Origin: Rhizomicrobium sp.
Lineage (GTDB): Bacteria > Pseudomonadota > Alphaproteobacteria > Micropepsales > Micropepsaceae
NCBI GenBank assembly: GCA_036491175.1
Contig: DASXCJ010000028.1
Location: 128-64,127, forward strand
Direction: 5' to 3'
DNA length: 64,000 bases
Positions 56,784 through 64,000 of this stretch are shown here, piece by piece; the stretch's first letter is position 1; every line of letters starts with the position of its first letter. The position numbers and the translations under genes are program-made. The notes under the pieces are model-generated. The model was not told where the DNA came from. It made no database searches and saw nothing but the letters and a program-made list of their open reading frames with translations.

Positions 56784-57689
56784 TCACGAATACTTGCGCT
56801 CTTCCCACCACGGGAAATAGCGCGGCATGTCCTCGGAGACCTTCTGCGGAAAGTTCGCGGGGCGCTTCTCCAGGAACGACGCCACGCCTTCGCGCACGTC
56901 CGGCGAGGCGCCGCGCGAATAGATGCCCCTGGAGTCGATCTTGTGCGCTTCCATCGGATGGTCGGTGGCCGAGAGCCGCCACATCATCTGCCGGATCAGG
57001 GCTATGGAGACCGGCGCGGTGTTGTCGCGGATTTCCTCGACCAGCTTGCGCGCGGTGGGCAGAAGCTCCTCCGGCTTCACCACCTGGCTGACGAGGCGGC
57101 CGCGCAGGGCTTCCTGCGCATCGAAGACGCGGCCCGAATAGCACCACTCCAGCGCCTGGGCGATGCCGACGATCTTGGGCAGGAACCAGCTCGACGCCGC
57201 TTCCGGCACGATGCCGCGCCGCGCGAAGACGAAGCCGAACTTGGCGGCGTCAGAGGCAATGCGAATGTCCATGGCGAGCTGCATCGTCACGCCCACGCCC
57301 ACCGCCGGCCCGTTCACCGCCGCGATGACGGGCTTGAGGCACTCGAAGATCGCCAAGGTCAGCCGCCCGCCACCGTCGCGCACGCGCTCGTCGCTCCAGT
57401 CGACCTGATCGACAGGCCCGGCATTGCGCGCCGCGCGCTCCGGATTCTGCGTGGCGTCGAAGGTGCGCGCGCCGCCGGAGAGGTCGGCGCCCGCGCAGAA
57501 GGCGCGGCCCGCGCCGGTGACGATGATCGCGCGCACGTCGTCATCGCCGTTCACCTTGGTGAAGACGTCGATCATCTCGAACATCGAGGTCGCGGTGAAG
57601 GCGTTGAGCTTCTCCGGCCGGTGCAAGGTGAGCGTCATGATCCGATCGCTTACCTCGACGAGGATTTCCTTATAGGGGCCGTATTCCAT
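56784..57689 (-). CDS. Enoyl-CoA hydratase/crotonase family protein
   Basis: RPEKLNA, GRAFCAGADL, KPVIAAVNGPAVGVG, RRGIVPEA. Confidence 0.93.
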   Translation of the reverse strand: MEYGPYKEILVEVSDRIMTLTLHRPEKLNAFTATSMFEMIDVFTKVNGDDDVRAIIVTGAGRAFCAGADLSGGARTFDATQNPERAARNAGPVDQVDWSDERVRDGGGRLTLAIFECLKPVIAAVNGPAVGVGVTMQLAMDIRIASDAAKFGFVFARRGIVPEAASSWFLPKIVGIAQALEWCYSGRVFDAQEALRGRLVSQVVKPEELLPTARKLVEEIRDNTAPVSIALIRQMMWRLSATDHPMEAHKIDSRGIYSRGASPDVREGVASFLEKRPANFPQKVSEDMPRYFPWWEERKYS

Positions 57690-57710
57690 GGGAGTCTCCT
57701 TGATGGCGGG

Positions 57711-58868
57711 TCACGGCACTGTAGCCGCCGCCGGTGGCGGTGTCTTGAGTTCCTCGATGGCCTCCTGCGCGAGGCCATCCATCCGCTTGATCGCCCGCCG
57801 CGCCTGACGCACGTAGGAGACGCTGGCAATCACGAAGAATACGCCCAGGAACACGTGGAGCGGCGTGTCCGGCGCCGAGGTCCGCGCGAACCGCGTGAAC
57901 ATCAGGAATGCGGTTGCGAAGAACAGCAGGATCGCGACTGGAAAGCCGACGGCGTAACGGATTTCGCGCGAGACGATCATGCGGCCCGCCGGATCGGTGC
58001 CGAGCCGCGCCACCACCTGCGGGATGGAAAAGATATTGAGCCCGCGCGGCCTCAACCACAGCGATGCGGTTCCGCTGTCCCAGCGCGCCAGCGTATCGCG
58101 CAGCCTGAGGCTTGCGCCGTCCGCCAGCACCCGCGCCAGCACACCATCCGCGACCGGATGGCGCGACAGCGCCGGGAAGACCCGCAGATAGGGTCTGTAG
58201 AGCAGCAGGATGCCGGCAAGGTTGAGGAGATAGACATAGACGAACACGCTGCTCCACCACGGAAGCGCCGGCAGCTTCGCCGGTACGCTCTTGTCCGCCT
58301 TCGACGAGGTGAAATCATCGAAAAAGGCGGTGTGTCCGTAGTCCTTGACCGGGCCGCGATAGCCGCGGATGGCGAGCGTGAGGATCGCGTTGTCGCCGGG
58401 ATCGTAGCAGATGCGGACATAGGCGCCGCCGGTGACGGGCCCGCCATGCGACACGGTGTTGTTGAACCCTCCGGTGATGACGTAGTCCGAAATGGAAAAA
58501 TGCACGCCCGACACGGTGAAGGATTCCTCGCCGTGGCCGCCGGCGGGCATCGGAACGAAGTTCTCGACCGGGCCGGTGACAGTGGGGCATCGGCCACTTT
58601 CGACCAACGACGTTTGATGCTCGTGCCGCGTGAAGGTCACGGCGAACACGGCCACGGTCCAGAAGAGGGCAAAGCCGACATAGAAATAGCGGAAGCCCTT
58701 CGACCAGCGGGAATCGAAGTACCGCGCCGGAATCCGCAACGCTTTCACAACACGCGGGAAAAAGAATAGCGCCAGGCCGACAGCGACGAAAATGAGCCCG
58801 AAAGCCGGGAATTCCCAGTCGCGATAGCCCGATTGCGTGACGTTGAAGACGGTGACGAAGTCAGCCAC
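57711..58868 (-). CDS. Hypothetical multi-pass membrane protein
   Basis: About five TM spans with a soluble ESFTVSGVHF..SDY..TGGFNNT..GGP domain; overlaps the DUF488 stop. Confidence 0.65.
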   Translation of the reverse strand: MADFVTVFNVTQSGYRDWEFPAFGLIFVAVGLALFFFPRVVKALRIPARYFDSRWSKGFRYFYVGFALFWTVAVFAVTFTRHEHQTSLVESGRCPTVTGPVENFVPMPAGGHGEESFTVSGVHFSISDYVITGGFNNTVSHGGPVTGGAYVRICYDPGDNAILTLAIRGYRGPVKDYGHTAFFDDFTSSKADKSVPAKLPALPWWSSVFVYVYLLNLAGILLLYRPYLRVFPALSRHPVADGVLARVLADGASLRLRDTLARWDSGTASLWLRPRGLNIFSIPQVVARLGTDPAGRMIVSREIRYAVGFPVAILLFFATAFLMFTRFARTSAPDTPLHVFLGVFFVIASVSYVRQARRAIKRMDGLAQEAIEELKTPPPAAATVP

Positions 58869-59199
58869 GCAAGAACTCCGCGATCACGACGGCCTGATTG
58901 CGTTCGGTGTCGCGCGCGCCGTAGAGCAGCGTAACGGTCTTGCCCTTGCCGGCATGGCGCAGGGCGGCGATGGCGTCGGGATTGTCCTTGAGCTCTTTCT
59001 TGTACTTGCGGCGGAAGTCGGCCCATTTGGGCTCTTCGTGGTGGAACCAGTTGCGCAGCGCGTCCGACGGCGCGATGTCCTTGAGCCAGAGATCGATGGC
59101 CGTTTTTTTCACGCCGCGCGGCCACAGCCTGTCGACCAGCACGCGCAAGCCGTCGCTCTTCTCGGCCGGTTCGTAGACGCGCTTGATCTTGAGCTTCAT
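58861..59199 (-). CDS. DUF488 (YeaO-like) protein
   Basis: KRVYEP..KSDG.RVLVDRLWPRGVKK, WLKDIAPS..LR.WF.H, TLLYGARD...N.A.V. Confidence 0.92.
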   Translation of the reverse strand: MKLKIKRVYEPAEKSDGLRVLVDRLWPRGVKKTAIDLWLKDIAPSDALRNWFHHEEPKWADFRRKYKKELKDNPDAIAALRHAGKGKTVTLLYGARDTERNQAVVIAEFLRG

Positions 59200-59213
59200 G
59201 ACGCCACTATAGC

Positions 59214-59241
59214 AAAAAAGGGCCGGGATTGCTCCCGGCCC
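59214..59241 (-). terminator. Rho-independent terminator of the beta-oxidation operon
   Basis: GGGCCGGGA-loop-TCCCGGCCC followed by T6 on the minus strand. Confidence 0.85.
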
Positions 59242-59266
59242 CTGCTACGCCCCGTGAAGTGAAAAA

Positions 59267-61456
59267 CTATGCGGCTTCCTTCACCGGCGCGAAGCGGCCG
59301 TAGAAGGTTTCATTCTTGGACGCCATGTCGCGCAGGAGCTTCGGTGGAGTGAAGCGTTCGCCGAAGCGTTTGGTGAAGTCGTCGCAGCGCGCGACGAAGG
59401 CGGCCGCGCCCACCGTGTCGATGTAGGAGATCGGGCCGCCGGTGAACGGCGCGAAGCCCCAGCCGAGGATGGCGCCGACATCGGCGTCGCGCGGGTCGGT
59501 GATCACGCCTTCCTCGAAGCACTTGGCCGCCTCGATGGCTTGCAACGTCAAGAAGCGCTGCTTCATCTCGTCCACGCTGGCGTCAGTTTTCCACGCGCGC
59601 TGCGCGAGCAGCTCCGGCCAGATGCGCACGCGTTTGCCCTTGGCGTCGTAGTCGTAGAAGCCCTTGCCGTTCTTGCGGCCGAGGCGCCCGTTCTGCTCGA
59701 CGACCCAGGAGAGGAACTTCTCGGAGTCGTCCGGCGGGGTGTTCACGCCGAGATCCTTCTTCGTCTGGCGCATCACCTTGAGCGGCGTGTCGAGGCCGAC
59801 CGAGTCCAGCACTTCCAACGTGCCCATCGGCATGCCGGCCATGCGGCCCACGTTTTCGATCATCGCGGGGTGGATGCCGTCGGCCAGCATCGCCATGCCT
59901 TCGCGCGTGTAGGTGCCGAAGCAGCGCGAGGTGTAGAAGCCGCGCGCATCGTTGACGACGATGGGCGTCTTCTTGATCTTCTGGACATAGTCCATCACCA
60001 CGGCGAGCGCGTGATCGCCCGTCTTCTTGCCGCGGATCACCTCGACGAGACCCATGCGGTCCACCGGCGAGAAGAAATGCACGCCGATGAAGAGTTCGGG
60101 GCGGTCGCTGGCTTCCGCGAGACCGGTGATCGGCAAGGTGGAGGTGTTCGAGCCGAACACCGCGCCCTTCTTCAACACCGCGCAGGCCTTCTTGGTCGCC
60201 TCGGCCTTCACCGCGCGATCCTCAAACACCGCCTCGATGACGAGATCGACGTCCTTCAGCGCGGTGAAATCCGACGTCGCCACGATATGGGCGAGCACCG
60301 CCGCCTTCTTCTCGGGTGAGGATTTTCCGCGCTCGATCTGCTTGTCGAGGATGCCGGACACATGCGCCTTGCCCGCATCCGCCTTCTCCTGCGTGGTGTC
60401 GATCAAGACGACATCGATGCCGGCGAGCGCCGACACGTAAGCAATGCCGCCGCCCATCACGCCGGCGCCGAGCACGCCGAGATTCTTCGTGTCGCTCGCC
60501 GCTTCCTTCTTCGGGCGGCGCGCGCCCTTGCCGAGGTCCTGCATGGAGAGGAACAGCGAGCGGATCATGTTGCGGCTTTCAGGCTGCATCATGAGCTTGG
60601 TGAAATAGCGCGCCTCGATGCGCAGGCCCGCATCGATGGGAACCTGAAGGCCCTCATAGACGCAGGACATGATGTAACGCTGCGCCGGATAATTGCCGTA
60701 GCTCTCCTTGCGCAACATCGAGTTGCCCATGGTGAAGACCTGGCCGCCGCCGGGGGAATAGGGTCCGCCGCCGGGAATCTTGAAATCCTTCGCGTCCCAC
60801 GGCTGCGCGGCCTTGGGGTTCGCTTTGCACCACGCTTTCGCATTGCTCACGATGTCGGCCAGCGGCGCGACCGCATGCATCAGTTTCATGCCGAGCGCTT
60901 TTTGGGGATCGACGCTGCCGCCCTGCAGCAGCATCGGCAGTGCGGCCTGCGCGCCGACGAGACGCGGCAGGCGTTGCGTGCCGCCGCCGCCCGGAAGCAG
61001 ACCGACCTTCGCTTCGGGCAGGCCGAGCTGGATCTTCGGATTGTCCGCCACGACGCGATAGTGACAGGCGAGCGTGACTTCGAGACCGCCGCCGAGCGCC
61101 AGCCCGTTGATCGCGGCCGCCACCGGCTTGCCGCAGGTCTCGAGCTTGCGCAGCGATTTGTGGAACATCATCACGCCCTGGAAGCGCGCGGCGATGGCAT
61201 CCTGCTCCGACTTCGCGGCGGAGGCGCTGCCGCCCTCCATCTCGTCCAGCGCGGCGCCGGCGCAAAAGCCGTTCGCCTTGCCGGAGGTGATGACGAGGCC
61301 CTTGATGCTTTCATCCGCGGCGACCTTCTCGGCAGCGGTGAGCAATTCGGCGATCACGCCACCGGTGAGCACGTTCATCGTGCGGCCCGGCACGTCCCAG
61401 CTCAGCGTGACGATCCCGTCCGCGTCCTGGTCCCATTTGAAGTTCTTGAGTTCCAT
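59267..61456 (-). CDS. Multifunctional enoyl-CoA hydratase/3-hydroxyacyl-CoA dehydrogenase (FadB/FadJ-like)
   Basis: GLPEAKVGLLPGGGGTQRL, VLGAGVMGGGIA, IEAVFED, SNTSTLPI, HFFSPV. Confidence 0.95.
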   Translation of the reverse strand: MELKNFKWDQDADGIVTLSWDVPGRTMNVLTGGVIAELLTAAEKVAADESIKGLVITSGKANGFCAGAALDEMEGGSASAAKSEQDAIAARFQGVMMFHKSLRKLETCGKPVAAAINGLALGGGLEVTLACHYRVVADNPKIQLGLPEAKVGLLPGGGGTQRLPRLVGAQAALPMLLQGGSVDPQKALGMKLMHAVAPLADIVSNAKAWCKANPKAAQPWDAKDFKIPGGGPYSPGGGQVFTMGNSMLRKESYGNYPAQRYIMSCVYEGLQVPIDAGLRIEARYFTKLMMQPESRNMIRSLFLSMQDLGKGARRPKKEAASDTKNLGVLGAGVMGGGIAYVSALAGIDVVLIDTTQEKADAGKAHVSGILDKQIERGKSSPEKKAAVLAHIVATSDFTALKDVDLVIEAVFEDRAVKAEATKKACAVLKKGAVFGSNTSTLPITGLAEASDRPELFIGVHFFSPVDRMGLVEVIRGKKTGDHALAVVMDYVQKIKKTPIVVNDARGFYTSRCFGTYTREGMAMLADGIHPAMIENVGRMAGMPMGTLEVLDSVGLDTPLKVMRQTKKDLGVNTPPDDSEKFLSWVVEQNGRLGRKNGKGFYDYDAKGKRVRIWPELLAQRAWKTDASVDEMKQRFLTLQAIEAAKCFEEGVITDPRDADVGAILGWGFAPFTGGPISYIDTVGAAAFVARCDDFTKRFGERFTPPKLLRDMASKNETFYGRFAPVKEAA

Positions 61457-61460
61457 TGGA

Positions 61461-62669
61461 CTAGATCCGTTCGATGATGGTGGCGGTGCCCATGCCGGCG
61501 CCGACGCAGAGGGTGACGAGCGCGGTCGAGAGGTCGCGGCGCTCGAGTTCGTCGAGCACGGTGCCCAGGATCATCGCGCCGGTGGCGCCGAGCGGATGGC
61601 CCATGGCGATGGCGCCGCCGTTCACGTTGACCTTGTCGTGGGAGATGTTGAGCACCTTCATGAAGCGCAGCACCACCGAGGCGAACGCTTCGTTGAGCTC
61701 ATAAAGATCGATGTCTTCGACCTTCATGCCCGCGCGCTTCAGCACCTTCTCGGTCACGTAAGACGGACCGGTCAGCATGATCGAAGGCTCCGACCCGATG
61801 GAGCCATAGGCGCGGATGCGCGCGCGCGGCTTCAACCCGGCAGACTTGCCCGCTTCCTTCGTGCCCATCAGCACGCCCGCGGAACCATCGACGATGCCGG
61901 ACGAGTTGCCCGCGTGATGGACATGATTGAGCTTCTCCACCATCGGATAACGCTGCTGCGCCACCGCATCGAAGCCCGCGAATTCGCCGAGCTGGGCGAA
62001 GCTCGCGTTCAGCGAAGCCAGCGACTGCATCGTCGCATCGGGGCGCATGTGCTCGTCGTGGTCGAGGATCGTCTGGCCCAGAATGTCCTTCACCGGGGCG
62101 ACGGATTTCTTGAAATAGCCGTTCTTCCACGCATTCGCCGCGCGCTTCTGGCTTTCCACCGCGAAGGCGTCGACGTCGTCGCGGGAGAAGCCGTCCATCG
62201 TCGCGATCAGATCGGCGCCGATGCCCTGCGGGCTGAAATAACTCTTGAAGGCGATGCTCGGATCGACCGACCACGAACCGCCCGACGCGCCCATGCCGAC
62301 GCGGCTCATGCTCTCGACGCCGCCGCCGATGGTCATGTCCGACTGGCCGCTCATGATCTGGCCGGCCGCCATGTTGCAGGCCTCCAGGCCGCTCGCACAG
62401 AAGCGGTTGATCTGCACGCCCGCGACGCTCTCGGCGTAATCGGCGTTCAGCACGGCGAGGCGGGCGATATCGGCGCCCTGCTCGTTCACCGGATCGACGC
62501 AGCCGAACACGACGTCATCGACCAGCGACGTGTCGAGATTGTTGCGGTCGCGCAAATTTTTCAGCACCTGCGTGCCGAGCTCCAGCGCGGTCACTTCGTG
62601 CAAGCTCCCGTCCTTCTTGCCCTTGCCGCGCGGCGTGCGCACGGTGTCGTAGATGAAGCATTCGGTCAT
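61461..62669 (-). CDS. Acetyl-CoA C-acyltransferase (thiolase)
   Basis: [34 protein letters not shown]. Confidence 0.95.
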   Translation of the reverse strand: MTECFIYDTVRTPRGKGKKDGSLHEVTALELGTQVLKNLRDRNNLDTSLVDDVVFGCVDPVNEQGADIARLAVLNADYAESVAGVQINRFCASGLEACNMAAGQIMSGQSDMTIGGGVESMSRVGMGASGGSWSVDPSIAFKSYFSPQGIGADLIATMDGFSRDDVDAFAVESQKRAANAWKNGYFKKSVAPVKDILGQTILDHDEHMRPDATMQSLASLNASFAQLGEFAGFDAVAQQRYPMVEKLNHVHHAGNSSGIVDGSAGVLMGTKEAGKSAGLKPRARIRAYGSIGSEPSIMLTGPSYVTEKVLKRAGMKVEDIDLYELNEAFASVVLRFMKVLNISHDKVNVNGGAIAMGHPLGATGAMILGTVLDELERRDLSTALVTLCVGAGMGTATIIERI

Positions 62670-62701
62670 TGTTTTCTCCGTTGAGAGATCAAAAACTAAA
62701 T

Positions 62702-62817
62702 TGTCATCCCCGGCGAGCAAAGCGAGGGACGGGGATCCAGGTGGAACGACGAACGCCGGTATCGTTCGTTCCGCCTGGATCCCCTTCCCTCGCGCTACGC
62801 GCTCGCCGGGGATGACA
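62702..62817. repeat. Family C palindromic element
   Basis: TGTCATCCCCGGCGAGC...GGGGATCCAGG / CCTGGATCCCC...GCTCGCCGGGGATGACA long hairpin between the regulator and thiolase. Confidence 0.85.
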
Positions 62818-62826
62818 GATGAGACA

Positions 62827-63255
62827 TCACTCCCCGGCCGGCATGACGCTGTAGCCGGCGACGCGCACCGGCGGGGGCGGCGTCTCCTCGGCGAGGCGGT
62901 TCTCTATTGCCGTGATGCCGAGCTTGAGTTCGGCGATGGACTCGTCGATGTCGACGCGCTGGCGCTCCAGCGCGGTGAGGCGCTCGACGAATTTCTTTTT
63001 TGAATGGCTGAGCTGGGCGACGCCGCTCTCATCCGCATCGTAGAGGTCGAGGATCTCGCCGATCTCGGCAAGCGTGAAGCCGACGCGGCGGCCGCGCAGG
63101 ATCAGCATCAGCCGCGCGCGGTCGCGCTGCGAGTAGATGCGCGCCTGGCCGCGGCGTTCGGGGGAGAGGAGTCCCTCGTCTTCGTAGTGGCGCAACGTGC
63201 GCGAGGTGACGCCCATCTCCTTGGTGAGCTGGCGGATGGAGAAAGTCCGGCTCAT
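62827..63255 (-). CDS. liuR: MerR-family regulator, LiuR-like
   Basis: [48 protein letters not shown]; upstream of thiolase. Confidence 0.75.
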   Translation of the reverse strand: MSRTFSIRQLTKEMGVTSRTLRHYEDEGLLSPERRGQARIYSQRDRARLMLILRGRRVGFTLAEIGEILDLYDADESGVAQLSHSKKKFVERLTALERQRVDIDESIAELKLGITAIENRLAEETPPPPVRVAGYSVMPAGE

Positions 63256-63326
63256 GGCGCTCGCGGACTGGGCTTTTGCCCTTTGGGTCCGTCCCTGTCG
63301 TTTCCGGACCAGACTCCTATTTACCG

Positions 63327-63342
63327 TTTACGTGAACGTCAA
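63327..63342. promoter_or_regulatory. LiuR-type operator overlapping a -35 TTGACG
   Basis: TTTACGTGAACGTCAA resembles the TTTACGTwwACGTAAA palindrome of LiuR regulons. Confidence 0.7.
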
Positions 63343-63490
63343 GCTGAATATTCAAACAGGCGCATAGGTCCGAATTCCACTGTAACACGTTGAAAGTGCT
63401 ACACTTATTGAAGAGAATGTTTTGCCGCGCACGCCGGTCAACCGCACGAGCGGTCAAGATTTCGCGCACGGAAGCTCGGCCCAGCAACGG

Positions 63491-64000
63491 TTACAAGCAG
63501 ATCCCCTGGCCCTGGAGATAGGTCAGGCCCTTCTCGTCGCGCGCATTGGCCTTGGCGAAATCGCAAGCAGGGCGCATCACCCGCGCCGCCTCGCTCTGCT
63601 GGCCTTTCGCCGTCAGCACGATGGCGAGCGTCAGGCGCACGGAAAGCTCGAACTGTTCCGGCATCGCGTCGGCCATCTTCCGCGCGCCATCCAGGGCCGT
63701 GCGCAATTGGTCTTCCGCATCCGGGAGGTCCTCGCGCTTCAGGTAATATATGGCGCGGAAATAATGCGCGCGCGGATCGCGGCCATAGCGCGCCACGAGT
63801 TCGCCCGATTGCGCGACGGCCGCCTCGTTGCCGTCGGGCATCGCGGATTCCGGGATCAGGCCGGGCAGCATCGCCGGCTGCGATGTCTGCAGCAACGCGA
63901 AGCAGGACAGCGCGAGCGCCACGCCCGTGAGGCCGAGGCCCGCGCCTTGGTGCTCCGGCTGCGGCGCGCCATCGGTCCAGAATATACGCAGGATCATCGC
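63491..64000 (-). CDS. 3' part of a membrane protein with C-terminal TPR-like region (possibly rhomboid family; partial)
   Basis: TM span, then Y..DPRAHYFRA.....DL..AE.QLR.AL; ORF enters from the window end. Confidence 0.55.
   Translation of the reverse strand, partial: AMILRIFWTDGAPQPEHQGAGLGLTGVALALSCFALLQTSQPAMLPGLIPESAMPDGNEAAVAQSGELVARYGRDPRAHYFRAIYYLKREDLPDAEDQLRTALDGARKMADAMPEQFELSVRLTLAIVLTAKGQQSEAARVMRPACDFAKANARDEKGLTYLQGQGICL

Overview
High-GC alphaproteobacterial chromosomal window; gene content suggests a Caulobacter- or Rhizomicrobium-like lineage (inference). 1-6.7 kb (minus strand): the head half of an RcGTA-like gene transfer agent cluster (TerS, TerL, portal, mini-ORF, prohead protease, HK97 capsid, head-tail connector and adaptor, DUF3168), with palindromic repeat elements in four gene junctions. 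7.3-27.8 kb (plus strand): seven paralogous RTX/Ca-binding, RsaA-like secreted proteins built from one ~130-aa module, one of them frameshifted. They share upstream motifs and are interrupted by a tandem winged-helix regulator, a small membrane protein and a cold-shock gene. 28-64 kb is mostly housekeeping: PBP1A, DUF1214/DUF1254, an ABC transporter, cysI, ornithine decarboxylase, prfC, two PdhS/DivJ-type kinases, a GafA/GafZ-like DUF6456 gene, and beta-oxidation genes with LiuR. Small accessory inserts are scattered through this half. The most striking unexplained structure is a family of 36-bp palindromic REP-like units that occur as inverted doublets (six clear pairs). The only pair with two consensus arms brackets an intact GIY-YIG endonuclease gene inside an ABC operon, and another brackets a foreign gene fragment. 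This looks like a REPIN-type mobile system served by a GIY-YIG nuclease rather than a RAYT transposase (hypothesis). No rRNA, tRNA or CRISPR array was recognised. All product calls come from motif recognition by eye; no database searches were run.
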